From Mobula hypostoma (lineage: Eukaryota): a DNA stretch of 64,000 nucleotides. The notes beneath the pieces are model-generated. The model ran no database searches. It worked only from the letters and a program-made list of their open reading frames with translations, and was not told the DNA's origin. Position numbers and translations under genes: made by a program. This document shows, one piece after another, positions 23,118-37,819 of this stretch (its first letter is position 1; each line of letters starts with the position of its first letter). The stretch spans positions 30,630,001 through 30,694,000 of the forward strand of contig NC_086109.1 in NCBI RefSeq assembly GCF_963921235.1, given 5' to 3'.

Positions 23118-23700
23118 ACATGAGAAAGTCTGCAGATGCTGGAAATCCAAAGCAATACACACAAAATGCTGGAGGAACTTAGCAGGCAGCATCAGTGGAA
23201 ATGAATAAACAGTCAATGTTTCTTGCTGAGACCCTTTCGCAGGATTGGAGAGGAAAGGAGAAGAGGCCAGAATAAAAAGGTGAGGGAGGGGAGGAGGATA
23301 GCGGGAAGGTGACGGGTGAAGCCAGGTGGGTAAGAAAGATAAAGGGTAAAGAGGAAGAAATCTGATAGCAGAGGAGAGTGGACCACAGAAGATAGGGAAG
23401 GAGGAGGGGACCCAAAGGGTGGCATACGGCAGTTGAGAAGAGGTAAGAGGCCAGAGTGGGAGTAGAAAAAGGGGGGGGGGGGAGGGAAAATATATTTACC
23501 CGAAGGGGAAATTGATATTCATGTCATTGGGTTGGAAGCTACCCCTCAGAATGTAAGGTGTTGTTCTTCCATCCTGATGGTGGCCTCATCTTGGCACGAG
23601 AAGAGGCCATGGACCAACATATCAGAATGGGAATGGGAAGTATAATGTTTGGTCACCAGGAAGTTCTGCTTTTGGTGGATGGAGCTGAAGTGCTATTTCT
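23118..23700 (-). mobile_element. Penelope-like element 3' fragment
   Basis: CTGCAGATGCTGGAAATCC...AAAATGCTGGAGGAACTTAGCAGGCAGCATC...AACAGTCAATGTTTC...GAGACCCTT terminal repeat plus a purine-rich UTR. Confidence 0.65.
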
Positions 23701-23782
23701 TGGCTTAGGCTGGATCACAACTGGTGCTGATACTAAGAAGATAGGGACAAGTATGTCGAGGAGCGTATGTTAAGTCAGAGTT

Positions 23783-23816
23783 AGAGAGAGAGTTAGAGAG
23801 ATGGAGAGAGAGAGAT

Positions 23817-23856
<40 letters not shown>
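23783..23856. repeat. (GA)n microsatellite
   Basis: Imperfect AG dinucleotide run. Confidence 0.95.
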
Positions 23857-23859
<3 letters not shown>

Positions 23860-24284
23860 TAGATGAAGTTTGTCGGATCTGTGGTTCTTCTACAACATGG
23901 CAGAGATTGGCTGATTTAGTGGATGAGAGGTATAATTTGCTTTCTGCATTGCCACTCTAAAGGGCTGTCTTGTGGCCTTGAACACGTGCGTATGAGAATA
24001 CTCTGAGCTAAATCAGAAAAAAATAACAAATTTTAAAATAAATTTTGTTACAAAAGTTAATTTCATTTTGTGAACCTTTTGAGAAAAGAGACATTAAGCA
24101 ACAGGAAGTGATTGGTGATGGCAGAAGGATACAAAATCATCCAAATCTTATTCCTACAAGGAAGATGCTCTTTGATCTGATAGAGTCAGAAGTGATGAAG
24201 GAATATGGGAACTACAGCAGACCTAAATGTCTAATTCCTCCTCCAATAGTCCTGTGACAAGCTGCTGGCTAACAATGACTGCAT

Positions 24285-24380
24285 ATTTCTCTCCATGATG
24301 CTTCCTGACCGATTGAATTCCTTTAGCATTTTGTGTGTGTTGCTCTGGATTTCCAGCATATGAATAATCTCTTGTGTCTA
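24285..24380 (+). mobile_element. Penelope-like terminal repeat fragment
   Basis: GATGCTTCCTGACC...AGCATTTTGTGTGTGTTGCTCTGGATTTCCAGCAT. Confidence 0.5.
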
Positions 24381-26244
24381 TCATCAGGAATTTTTGAGTC
24401 ACCCAGACAATGATTGACTTGTGTAATATTTTAATTGTCCTTTTAGTTTGCTTGAGATATAATTTGCTTTAGTTTGCTTGAGAAGGAAAACCAACGGACT
24501 CCCATTTGTAATTTCTTTGACTAAATTGCAGAACACCTGTTTGGGTAGACTTCTTGCCTTTATTGACTGGAGGGAGGGGAACATGTGATGTACATTTCAC
24601 TTTCCTTGCCGAGTCTGAGGATTTCTATTTCATTGATGTAAGCAGAAGAAAAAACCTATAAGTGCTGATGTCAATCAGAAATATTTTTCTGCCAGATTTT
24701 CCTTTGCAAATTCCATCAAGGTAGAGGTTTAAAGCTAATCAGCAATGATTACAGTTGACTTCACAGACTCCCATGTTCATCCTGTGAAAATTGTCAGTAA
24801 TTCTACACTGGATGAATTACAAAGCACCTGTCAGAATGTGTGCCTGAGAGAGGACAATGAGTAGAAGGATACTAATAACCAAAGAATCCAGAGATGTCAT
24901 AAGTGAGTTTAAAAGCTGGGAAATCCAAAACTCGTGGATTAGGCCTTCATAAGGAGATTGTTTTGCAGGATCCAATAAGCCAAAAGCTTAAAACCCACTT
25001 CAGCACATCACAGAATTCTATCTCCAATTTTGTTCATGCTTCAGACTCCTAGATACTTTCATAATGCAGATTGTATTACAACCCGCTTTATTGAAAAAAC
25101 AAAGTATAATGTTCTTATGAACACTGTTTTGGGAGATCAATTACTTGGAGTGATTATCTTTGAAGAGTTATCCCTCTGCTGTTGCTGTTGCTGAATCAAG
25201 TTAATGCATCAAGTGTACTTAAGAGCATCCACAATCTTAAAAGCATTTTGGGGAATTGTGCCCATCCAAAATTTGGGATCACTTCTCTGTATTTACCTAG
25301 CTCTTATTAACAGGTACACACCTTTAAATAATTTTCTCTTTTCCTCCCTTTTAGTGTGCAGTAGGGTTTTGATAGTTAAAATATGAAGACAGTGTGAAAA
25401 GCTTGGTTTGTATTCCCATGACGGGTGATCTAATCAATAGTAAATAGCTAAGTAGCACAGTAAACCTTGTTGCCACTTTTCTAGGCAAAATTCATTGACA
25501 AACTGTCATTTAGTTAATTTTCTTAATGCCTTTTTTATTTTAGCAACTCAGTTTCTAATTGGGGACTTAAATGAGGCTTTGAACTCTCACTAACACTGAG
25601 CGTTCTTTAGATGTTCAGCTGGAAAATAGCTGCAGCAATGGCTAATTTCTGCATTTTGTTCTGAATAAAAATATTTGTTCTGTTTTTTTTAAAACTCAGC
25701 ATTCTTTCTGAATCTATTTTTAAAGAAAAAAAATTGAAAAGAATATGAAGTAGTTTCAAATGTTTTGTGCAGAGCAAATAGAGGAATAAACCAAAAATAT
25801 AGCTGTTACCAGCGAAAAAACAAAGGCCAAATTTACCATGAATTTACATGTATTTGCACAGCATTTACATATTCATTACAAGTAAAATTGCAGTGATTAG
25901 TACTGATGCATGGCTTTGTATAATTAGCATAGATTATGTATAATTAATGACCAGAATTATATATTTAATACAGATGAGTGGAGTTTCTAGGGAGCTACTC
26001 TCTTTCTGGTAGTGGAATATTCAAGATAGGTACTTTGGAAATGTTAAGGGATATTTCTCTTGAGTGGAACCAGAATCCACAACCTTTTGATTCATCAGCA
26101 TCTGCACAACCCACTTATCTATGACTGACACTAATTTACATTTTGCTTCAATGTTTTCATGCCCACTTCCACTTGAGCACATCAGATCACCGATTCCCCC
26201 AATCCAGCAGCTTCACCAGGTTGCACAGCTAGGTCTAGAAGTAG

Positions 26245-27480
26245 AGTCAAAGTCAAAGTCAAAGTCACTGTCGAGTTTATTGATGTATATACAAATGCCT
26301 CAATGCACTGGTGCAATGAAAATCTTACTTACAGCAACATCACAGATGCATGGCATCATATAAGCAACTTTCATAAGAAAAAAACATATGTGAAACATAA
26401 ACTAGAGAATCCCTTTTACAAGAAATAACGCAATTGGAGAAAGTCCAGTTGTGCAAATTAGTCAGTGTTGAGTGATTAGGGGTTTTCATGTTGACTAAGA
26501 ACTAAATGATTGAAGGGAAGGAGCTGTTCTTGAACCTAGTGGTGAGGTCTGCAGCCTTCTGTATTTCCTGCCCAATGGTAGCTGTGAAAAGATGGTATGG
26601 TCTGTGGGGATCTTTGATGATAGATATTGCAATCTTGAGGCAGTGCTTCCTGTAGACACCACCAATGGTGGGGAAGGATGTGTCAGTGATTTATTGAGCA
26701 GAGTCCACAACACTCTTCAACTTCTTACCTTCTGTCCATTTGAATTGCTGTACCAGACCATGATGCTCAGTCAGAGTACTTACAACAATAAATCTGTAGA
26801 AGTTAGTTAGTGTGTTCAGTGACAAGCTAAACCTCCTTAATTTCCTAAGAAAGTAACAACACCGGTGTGCTTTCCTTATGTACGTGCTGAGCCCAGGAGA
26901 GGTCAACAGATACGTTAATGCTTGGGAACTTAAAGCTGCTAACTCTCTCAACTGCTGATTCCCAGGCGTAGAGTGGCATATGTTCACTGTCCTTCCCTCT
27001 CTCAAGTCAACAATCAGCTCTTTAGTTTTGCTGATGTAGAGCAAGATGTGTTGTGGCAAAACTCAGCCAGATAGCATAATTTGCTGACTCAGGATTACCT
27101 GTGATTTGTCCAGCAACAGTGGTGTCATTGCCAAATTTGAAGATAGTATAGGAACTGCATTTAGCCAAACAACATGTGTGCATAGAGACTATACAGAGGG
27201 CTAAGCATGCATATTGAGGTGCTCCTGTGTTGATAATCATTCAGGAGTCAATTCAGTTTCCAATCGTCACTGACTGAGGTCTGCCAAGGAGGAAGTCACA
27301 TACCCAGAGATACGGATGCCCAAGTCATGAAGCTCGATGATAAGTTTGGATGGGATCATTGTGTTGAAAGCTGAGATTTAGTCAAGGAATAGCAGTCTGA
27401 CGTATGAGTTCCTGTTGTCAAGATGGTCCAGAGAATGAAGAGCCAGAGAATCATATCTACAGTAAATCTGTTGTGAATCC
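26245..27480 (-). mobile_element. Rex1/Babar-like LINE, degraded
   Basis: Minus-strand INTGAPQ, FKFGNDTTVAG, SKTKELIVD, YFLRKLRRF and LPLGRKYR motifs; (TTTGAC)n tail. Confidence 0.8.
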
Positions 27481-29099
27481 CCTTTGATTCAGGTCCTCTC
27501 TGAGGCTGAAAACATCTCTCTTCCTTTACACTCACCAATATGTAGTTACAGAGTAGCATCTTGGAACTAATGGCTTGTCCTCCTGTTCAGGTGACCATCT
27601 TCTGCAGAAAGGTTCTACCATTAAGTCCTAAACCATTTCTTCTGCGTGCCTTATTGGTACAAGTTTATTGAGATATTCATGTTTTTACACATCCTGGAAT
27701 TCAAGGAAGACCGGTTGCTACAATGATGCCACTGTGCAAGCTTTCTATTTGTATTAAATCACCTCTGCACTTCTTAAAATTGGGATACTAACATATTGTG
27801 AGTCATATGTCTATTGACCACTTTCTTCAACAGCATTTTAAGCAGATAAGCACGTAAAGCCATTCAAATAGAACAATTACTGACCAAACAAGAATCAAGA
27901 AATAATGAATTTTGGAAAGGGTCTGAATTATCGATCTCTTCATATTTGAAGATTGATCAATATGTTTACGAGGGATGTCGAAAAAAAACTTCTCTAGAGG
28001 AATTTATTTGCTGTAAAACCTAATCCCACACAGAACTATCATTTATGTAACTGGAAAGCATCAACTAGCAAAATTGACGTTGTTTACCTAACATTCCTGA
28101 GTTTGTTACATTGACTTTGATGGAGCTGGATTTGTGAAACCCAGAATTACTCACAATATTTCATCCGAAGATGAACTAATACTAGTAAAGATGTAGCATT
28201 ATGTTCTGATTTTTTTTCACTCTAGGCTTTTGTTTATAAAGCCATGTATTCGTTACGCTTTATTAAACTGCTTTGTTAACCTATGTGTCTCTCTCAAAAT
28301 CTTGGACACAGACATCCCAAGCTCCCTCTATTCTCCCACCTCTTTTAAAGTTGTGGATTGAGTTTATGTTTGTTAATTTCCTCTGCGGTTGCAATCACAG
28401 CAAAGCATTATGAGTTTGCTGGTGATGGGAATATTGATCCTCAATTTATTTTAACATAATAATGATGCTGACAATATCTGCAATGTACATTTAAAAACAA
28501 GACGTTTGCTATTGATACAGCTCGGTCCCCAGGACTTGACTGGTTTCAGATTATGCTCTGACCCAAGAGAATAATGCAGTATTTTTCAGTTCCAGCTCTG
28601 CAAGCATTCTATGAGTCTGAGTAGCTTGTGACCTTCCCAAGCATTTTTTTTGCCTTAAAGGGAAAATAGTTCTATTCTTACACCAAAACAGAGCTTTATC
28701 TGTGGCTTCATTGTAATCCATAGTTTGCAGGTTTGGCCAAGGTCACAAATGTATGTGTTTGCCCAGTTTCTAATCTTTTAAGCCTTTCTCTTTGTGCTGC
28801 AAGCTTACCCAAGTACAGTAAATGCAAAAGCCAAATGCTTATCATCAGCTATGGTGTGCGGTGTTTGGTGTTTTGCTTGTTAGATTCTTAAAAGATTACA
28901 AGTCTCTTTCTTGATCCACGTGTTTCCATTATTTGTTATTACATTTCCAAACTGTCGGGACTTTTGATATAGAGGCCAGATTAAAAAACGTCTTTCTCCC
29001 CTGCTCTCACAATAAAAATGTGAGAAGACACAAAAAAAGGAATAATCATCAAATTATGTTATAAATCATGTAGCTGTAATATTGCCTCCATTTATCCCT

Positions 29100-30270
29100 G
29101 CCAGAATCTATTATTCCACACTAAGGAAAGACATAGTAGAGCTGGCAGAAGCTGCAAAGGAGAGTCACTAAGATGTTGCCTGAGATGGAGCATTTCAGTT
29201 ATGAGGTAAAACCAAAAAGAGATTAAGAGGTGATGTGATTGAGATCTTTCAAAATTATGAGGGGTATAGACAGTATAGACTGCAGGAAACTTTTTATCAT
29301 ATCAGTGGAAGATAAATCTTAAACTTAGATTAGATTATGAGGACACGCAGTCCTCTTTTATTGTCATTTAGTAATGCATGCATTAGGAAATGACACAATT
29401 TGTTCCTCCAGAATGATATCACAGAAACACAAGACAAACCAAGACTAAAAAAACTGACAAAAACCACATAATTGTAACATATAGTTACAACAGTGCAAAA
29501 CAATACCGTAACTTGACGAAGAACAGACCATGGCACAGTAAAAAGAAGTTTCAAAGTCTCTTGAAAGTCCCATCATTCCATGCAGACGGTTGAAGGGAGA
29601 AACTCTCCCTGCCATGAGCTTCCAGCACCGCAAACTTGCCGATGCAGCATCTTGGAAGCACCGACCACGGTCCGACTCTGAGTCCGTCCAAAATCTTTGA
29701 GCCTCCGACCAGCCCTCCGACACAGAGCACCGAGCACCAACTCTGCCGAGCGCTTCGACCCCAGCTTCGGCAACAATCAATAGGCAAAGCCGAGGATTTA
29801 GGGCCTTCCCCTCCGGAGATTCTCGATCGCACAGTAGCAGCGGCAGCAAAGCAGGTATTTCAGAAGTTTCTCCAGATGTCCCTCTGTGCTTCTCACGTCC
29901 GTCTCCATCAAATCAGGATTGTGCATGGCCCCTATTTAACAAATATGATATCAATTCAGAGTGGCCGTACGCACTGAGTCGCACTGCCATCTTCTCCTCC
30001 CCTTTGGATAAGGAGATGGCGATATAGAAGGGATCTGAGGGAGACCACTTTCAGCACTGAATGGTGAATATCTGGCGTACATTGCCAGAGAGACTGGTGG
30101 AAGCAGAAGCATTTAGGAAATATCAAGATGAGCACTTGAATTGAAGAGGCGTAGAAGGTCACAGGCTGAGTGCTGGAAGATGGGATTAATACAGATGGGT
30201 GTGCACGAGTCAGCATGGACATACTGAAAGTCCTGCTTCTGTGCTATATGGATCATCGACTCTATAAAAT
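29100..30270 (+). mobile_element. Old CR1 3' fragment split by a non-autonomous element
   Basis: LRGDVIEIFQ/IMRGID before 29320; CR1 3' UTR resumes after 30003. Confidence 0.6.
29321..30002 (-). mobile_element. Non-autonomous ~680-bp retroelement, copy 1
   Basis: Minus strand starts GGAGGAGAAGATGGC and ends ACAATAAAAGAGGACTGCGTGTCCTCA(TAATC)n; homologous to 41923-42559. Confidence 0.75.
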
Positions 30271-33200
30271 TCACATAGCTATTATCTATTAAAATGCACC
30301 CATCCCACCAGCCTGTCTAGCCTTTGTTATGTTCATCATCACTCTTTTTCTCACAGTCAATTTTTTTTCAAGTCACAAGCTTCAAAATTGTTCCCTGACG
30401 TGCAACTCCAAGCTATTAATCTGTATCAAGAACTGGATATGTGTGAATATCACTAGTCCAAGAACAAAATGTTATTCACCCATATTTTCTGTCTCTCTAC
30501 AGATTTTGTTTCCACCTCAGATCCCTTTGATTTGGCTGGTTGCTCTTCACTCTTTTCCTGTATTTAAGATGACTGGAATATTGCAGGTACAGGACCACTA
30601 ATTTATGTTTTCTTTTCCCTCACTACCCCAATGTCCACCCACCCGCTTTCAGTACCACTGTCTTTGTAAAATCTCCTCTTTATCTCATCTAGATTCCAAT
30701 GATGTCTTCTTTCTGACAAACACCAATGCAAAGTACTCATTTGGTAACTCAGCCATACATCTAACAATAGGTTTCTAATTTGGTTCCTAATGTGTCTACT
30801 GTTCCTCTCATAATTCTTGCATACACAGTACTAAGGGTCTAAAGTAATTTCAGACACGTATCTTGGAGGTCAATTGAGCAGCCCTAATGAACTGGCTCAA
30901 ATTAAGCGTATAATGAACTAATACCCTCATATGCTAATCTTAATTCTGTCAAAGATTACACTTAAAGGTCAAATCATTAGGCATATACAAGAAAAACGTG
31001 GGAAAAATATCCGCATTTTCACTTCATTGATCAAGTTGTAATATTGAAACTTTCAGAAGACATTGATGCTGACAATTTTTTTACCTTTGATTTATCATCA
31101 CCATGGTGTGAAAGTTCAGATGTTTTTTCTAATTTCACTTCACTATGGACTAAAATGATCAATTCATTGAGTAATTTATATACCTTGAATGAGACTTAAT
31201 ATCTGGAACTACACTGTAGGATGAAAAACCACATTTTACAGGCACTGTAATATATATTTTACATACTTATTTTATTTCAGGCAAGATTTAATTATATTTC
31301 TACAGAACACTGCCTATATTATAATTTTGTCACTTGCTGTTTTACCTGCATATTAAAACTTGCTGCAGATGTGTGATCCATTAGTCACTTCTTTTGTTTT
31401 ATATTCTGAAGAAGAGGAAATATATACAGCACCTCCACATCATTTTCAGAATGGTTCAAAGACGTCTGCATTCAATAAAATAGATTTTGAATGTAGCCAT
31501 TATTGGAGTGTTTGAAATGCAGGGAGGAATTTGTGTTCAGCAAACTTCCATGACTGGTGAAATGAGGACGACCAGCTGGATAGAATTTTAAACTGCTGGG
31601 CGAAGAATATATATAGGCCAGTAGACACAGATAACTCACTCATTCCTCTTTATTGGTGATGGGAGCTGGTATTTCCTATTCTTGTTTTATAATAAGTGCA
31701 CACTTGCATTTGTCCAGATTCGACATTAAATGAGAAATTTTATGTCATGGCTATTACATTTAGGGAAAATCTAATGAAAATATGATACAGTAAAGTTTTT
31801 TATTTCCAGTAATATTCAGATTAAACTTCCTGCAAATGGTTCAAATGAAAAATATTCATCTAGCAGCCCAATGAAATATATTTTGGCACCAGGTTGGTGG
31901 TTTGTCTTAAATTGCTCTGCATTATTGCTTCAACCTGGAGGCTCGAAATGGAGCTCATGAGAGACTCAATATTCAATTTGACCTCCAGCGTGAGAGCTGC
32001 CATTAGATGGAAAGCAGACACATGTAGTACACAAAAAGTCTCATAAAAAGCTGATTGCACAGGTGAGTAAACCACTGACGTGAACAGATGGTGCTAGTGT
32101 TGGCAACATGTTGTTCTTGGTTGGGGTAGCTGCCAGAGAGCAACGTGCATCTGTGAAATTAGATGTGAACTGTTGGAGGTAGATGCATAATGGCAGCATG
32201 TACTGACTGCATTAAAAGTATGGCTTCCTGGCGATGTTATTCTTGAATTACAAGCTGCCGACTAGTAATTAAAAATAATAGGTCAGATTACTACAGATAT
32301 TAAAACCAAGTGATATTATACCACAATAAGTAAAATAAGTGAAATATGAAGTTCAGAAATAGTTATACAAATAATATTATGATTAAGAGGTGATAGTTCA
32401 TTTTATAAATCACCAGTTACCAGCTGTTTGATATAAAATATTTGTGTGGCTAATTCCTTGCTAAGGAGTGGGTGGAGAAAAGGAAGGACATGATTAATGT
32501 AATTGTCTCTCAAACTGAAGGGTGAAGCAGTGCATCTAATTAAATCTGGAAGACCGTTATCATTCAAGCACCATGTAGGCTGGATGACAAACTGGAGTCC
32601 AAAGTTTGTGCATTCATGCCTGATGGTCCAAATGGAAAATTTGGCACTTGCGTAGGATGATTGGTTAAGTAAATATGACTACATGTATCTGAAAGTTACC
32701 GTCAATAGAAGCTGATGATTTGTAATCTCATGAAATCTAAAGATTCCGGATTCATTAAAAGTAAACTAAAAATTGAAAATATTCTGATTCAGTCCATTTT
32801 GATGTTATGACAAATAAACTCTAAGTTCCAAAGTTTTGTTAGTCAGAGGGAATTTGAGTTTCTGGATCTATGTATATATGAAGACTGAGATGGCCTGGAA
32901 ATAAAAACAGTATGCAAGGATATGTGATAAGGTTAGCTGAAGACAGGAATGTATCAATGGAATACATGCAATAATTTTCACAAGTTGGGTCAAAATATGC
33001 TATTTCTGTGCAGAGGAATGTAAAAAATAATTTGGAACCTGATATTAAAGCCACTAATTTTGCATATTGTTGTTAGTTTGATGGAACAGAAGCTTCAGGA
33101 TCTGCTAATTGTGCATTGCATTTAAGGATTAAGTTGTACCTAGGGTTTTATCCAAGTGTTAATTGTCAACAATGTTAAGTAGTTTGGCAGTACCTTTGTT

Positions 33201-33769
33201 ACAGATGTGCTTGATTAAATGGCATAAGTTTTCTCAGAACCGTGCAGCAAGCTGCAATAACTGGAACTTAGTTGATGCATGCGAGCATCAATGAACATGT
33301 AATTGATCTTTTAGGAATCCAGAAAAAATCATGAGAAGTGGCAAGACATGTTATTGCCTCAATGTTTGGCATATCATTAATAGGTAGGAACAGAGCTAAG
33401 CATGAACCAATCTGACAATGGAAGGGAAGAAGCAATGAATGAAAAGGTGAATAAATATTTGCAAATCTTTTGGTTAATTGATGTTTTAATTGTGAATGTT
33501 GTTTTCCTAGTGCTATGTGGCTATGATCCTAGTGCAAATAAGATTTTCATTTCATTTGTGTACATACGCGTACTGTACTTGTGCGCGTGACAGTAAATTC
33601 AACTTCTTACTTTTTTCCCTTATCAAAGCACAATTTAGGAATAGAGTTAAGGGGGTGGCACAGGCAAAAGGTGTGTTTTAAACAAGATAGTCTTGTAAGT
33701 TGTTGTGAGGGAAGCAGTAGGTGCTAAGGAATATGGGTGTTCTGATATGCAAAGAAAATCACATTCTTC

Positions 33770-34915
33770 GAGTTATATAGTGAAGAAACAGGCCCTTCTG
33801 TCCACAGAAACTATAACAACCATATAGGACCCACTTACACCAATCTTAGTCTGACCCCAATTTCATTCTTCCCACTTTTCATGAACTCATTACTGATTCT
33901 AATGACAGTGGACAATTCCAACATTCACACCCAAATCACTGATGCAAATGGCAAATGCGGAGATCCCAGTGAAATCCTTGTGTCAGAGGCTTCCAATCAA
34001 AACGGTAACCTTCTATCATCACCGTCTCCTAAACCAAGCTGACTTTGCATCCAATTTGCCAGCTTGCCTTGGATTCCATGTGCTCTGACTTTTTGGACCA
34101 GCCTTCCATGTGTGGCCTTGTCAAAGGCCAGACTGAACTCTATGTAGACTACATCGACCACACTGCCTCCTCAAGAAACTCAATTAAATTAGTCAGATAG
34201 TATACTCCACCAACAAAGCCAAAATGATAATCCCAGATCATTTCTAGCTTTCTAAGTGTATTGTAGATGAAATTTGTCCCTCAGAATATTTTTCCAGTCA
34301 TTTCTTCACCCCCTGCCCCATGACATTAGACCCATTAGCATGCATTTATTCTGCTCATTCCTACTACCCTTCCTGAATAACACTTTCACATTTACTGTCC
34401 TCCAGTCATTTGGCAACTCACCTCTGGCCAGTGAAGATTTATAATTCTCTGTCAGCATCTCTCCCTTGCCACTAACTGCAGCCTGGGATACACTTCATCA
34501 GGTCTGGGTGATTTATCCATCTTTGTGCCATTTGCGACAGCTAATACATTTTCTCTTTTAATGTCAATATGCTCTAGAATATCCTCATCTGTTTGCCTGA
34601 AATCCACAACTACATTGTTGTTCTCCTTTGAAAATACAAATGAGAAATATTCATTTAGAACCTGAACCATGCCCTGTGGCTCCAGACAAATTACCCTTTT
34701 GGACATATTCTTTCCTGGTTATCTCATGCTTTCATTGTATTTATAAGGTACCTTGGGATCTTCCATTACTCGTCTACCAGTGATATTTCATGACCCTTCT
34801 TTGTCCTCTCAGTTTTTCTACAAGTCATTCCCTGCACATTACACACACTTGAAGGGCCTTCTCTGTTTTCAATGCTTTGTACCGACTATATGATTCCTTA
34901 TTGTTCTTTAACAAT
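33770..34915 (-). mobile_element. Old CR1 fragments
   Basis: Minus-strand LNEYFSFVFSKE...DKSPRPDEVYPR; AFDK motif near 34125. Confidence 0.7.
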
Positions 34916-34919
34916 CCCG

Positions 34920-35250
34920 AGCAAATTTCTACAGACGTACTGTGCAGAGAATCCCACCTGATTGCATCACCACTTGCTATGGACTTTCCAGTATCAGCAT
35001 ATTAAAAAAAAGCTGCAAAATGTTGTTAACTCAGCCGGCTCCATCATCAGCACCAGCCTCCCCACCATTAAGGACAACTTCAAAAGACAGTGGCTCAAGA
35101 AGGTGGCATCCATCATAAAGGATCCTCAATATCATGCCCTATTCTCATAACGACCATCAGGGAGGAGGTACAGGAGCCTGAAAACATCTTCCCCTCTGCC
35201 ACATGATTTCCGAATGGTGCATGATCACTACCTCACTGTTCTGCTCTCTT
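34920..35250 (+). mobile_element. Rex1/Babar-like 3' fragment
   Basis: KLQNVVNSAGSII...KVASIIKDPQYHALFS. Confidence 0.65.
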
Positions 35251-35265
35251 TTTGAACTATATATA

Positions 35266-35735
35266 CACTCAGTGGTCAATTTATTAGTACCTCCTGCACC
35301 TAAATCAGTGACCACTGGGTATATGTGCGTGATCTTCTGCTGCTGTACCCCATTCACATTGAGGTTCGACATGGTGTACACTCACGGATACTCTACTGCA
35401 CACCATTGTTGTAACGTGGGGTTATCTGAGTTTTTGTCACCTTCCTGTCAGCTTAAACCAGTCTGGCCATTCTCACCAAACCTATCTCATTAAAAATGCA
35501 TTTTTACCCACAGATGTCCCATTCATTGGATTTTTTTTTTTTGTTTTTTCACACCATTCTCCTTAAACTCTAGAGACTGCTGTGCATGAAGATCCCAAGA
35601 GATCATCAAATTCTGAGATACTTAAACCACGACATCTGGTACCAATAATCATTCCATGGTCAAAGTCATTTACATCACATTTCCTCCCCATTCTGATGTT
35701 TGGTCTGAACAACAACTGAATCTCTTCACTATGTC
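35266..35735 (-). mobile_element. Tc1 transposon remnant with mini inverted-repeat end
   Basis: MGRKCDVNDFDHGMIIGTRCRGLSISEFDDLLGSSCTAVSRV (Tc1 paired-like N-terminus); CACTCAGTGGTCA...TGACCACTGGGT inverted repeat at 35266-35320. Confidence 0.75.
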
Positions 35736-35744
35736 TATGTCTCT

Positions 35745-36775
35745 GAAGCTCCATTCAATGCTGCTTGGCACTTCCATTGTATCCTGGATAATGGATTACC
35801 TGACTGGCAGACCACAGCTTAACTGGCTTCAGAGCTGTGTGTCAGACATGGCTATAAGCAGCAAAGGGGTTCCATAGGGGACTGTATTTTGCTCCCTTCC
35901 TGTTTATCCTGTATACCTCAGACTTTAGATACAACACTGAAATCACCTGATGACTCAGCAATATTTGGGTCTATAAATGGAGGGCGGGAGTATGAATGCA
36001 GGGCCCTGGTGGACGACTTCGTCAAATGGTGCAGCTGAATTGTCTGCAGCACAACATTAGTAAGACAAAGGAGATGGTGATGGACTTTAGGAAGACTAAG
36101 CCTGCACTTCTCCCTGTTACTATTGAGGTGAGGATGTGGATGCGGTGAGGACCTACAAGTATCTGGGGGTGCACCTGGATGGCAGACTTGAGTGGAAAAC
36201 CAATACAGAGGCTGTGTACAAGAAGGGCCAGAAATGCTTTTATTTCTTGAGGAGACTGAGGTCCTTTGGAGTGTGCAGGCCTCTCCTTCACATGTTCTAC
36301 CAGTCTGTGGTCACCAGTACAATCTTCCATACAGGGGTGTGCTGGGGCAATGGCATCAACACGGGTGATGCCAACAGGATCAATAAACTGATTGGAAAGG
36401 CTGGCTCTGTTATAAAAGTCAAACTAAACACTCTGGAGGCTGTGGTAGAACAAAGGACTCTACGGAAAATCTTGGCGATTGTAGAATATGTTTTTCATCT
36501 CTTCATGCCACGTTGGCTGAACAGAGCAGCACTTTTAGTAATAGACTACGACAAATACGTTGCTCCAAAGAGGTCATTCTTAACCTCAGCCATTAGGCTC
36601 TATAATGAGTCAACCTATAGCTGGGGAAGTGACGACCGCGCCCCCCCCCCCCCCGTGAGACTTTTTGAAGTAACTTTTTTTTTATTATTTCGTACTTCTC
36701 TTCTAATATTTGTATATCTGTGCACTTGTAACGCTGCTATGATAATAAATCATATTTGGATTTTGATTCTGAGTC
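35745..36775 (+). mobile_element. Rex1/Babar-like LINE RT and C-terminal fragment
   Basis: SWIMDYLTGRPQ, SKTKEMVMDFRK, YKYLGVHLD...YFLRRLRSF and SAIRLYN motifs. Confidence 0.85.
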
Positions 36776-37819
36776 TGCACAGCAGGATGAAATCATGAGT
36801 TTTTACAGGACTTTGGTTTGGCTGTATCTGGGATGATGTGTTCATGTGTAGCTACTGTGCTTTAGAAAAGGCCTGAAAGCATTAGAGTGGGTGGAGAAGA
36901 GATTCACTTAAGTGAAGAATAAATGATAAAACGAGAAATTCTAGTAGTATAGTCAGTCCAGAGGAATTGGGGATTACTCTCTTTGAAGCAGGCAATCTGA
37001 TAGAGGCATTTAAAATCCTGATGTACCTAGACAGATAGAAACTTTGCTCTTTGGAGGAAGAGTCAAGGACCAAAAATAAACAAAGGAGATAATATCGAAA
37101 ATATAACAATGGTCATAAACGGAGATCGTTGTACAACTTTAAATTAGGATTTAAAATAACTGTAGCAGGCATCATGGGTGCAATTAATTAATGGAATGCA
37201 AAAGGAATTGGTTAAGCACTTGAAAAGGAACGAAATGCTGTGCTGTAGGGAGAGAAGAGGATAATCTATATTTGTATCTGTATAGAGGCTTCAAGGACTT
37301 GTCAGGCAGAATGCTGGAACCGTTCTGTCATAATAACACCAATTGTGTTGCTGAATCATGACACACAGGAGAGGAAATCTTATAATTAAACAATTCTTCA
37401 GAGAGTGTTCATAAATATTTACATTGGCCTAACTGCTATTTCCTTCAATTTGCTGAAAGATACTGCTGATTAGTTTTATTGACAGCAGATCCATATAGTT
37501 CAGAAAGACCAGATAATCGGTTATGATGTGTTGTCACTTTGGAGGCAACAACTAATTAATTAGCAGCAGGTCTAGTCTCAAAACCTAATTAAGTTTTATG
37601 AAGAGCAAGAAAGGGAAACTGTACCTGTGTCTGCTCAATTAGTTTAATTGATAGCTTGAACAGATAGAATGATTTGCATTTTGAAAATGAATGGAAATGA
37701 GTAAGCTTTAAAATATTTGGAATTTTACACAAATTTTGTGGGTATGAACAATGACAATAAAAACAATTGAAATTGGTTGAAAGTTACCATTTCTCAACAG
37801 AGATGATATAATTATTACT

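Noticed and set aside
30329..33590. Short ORFs in unique sequence as host exons
   Set aside because: No recognisable protein motifs or convincing splice-bounded frames; lengths fit chance ORFs.
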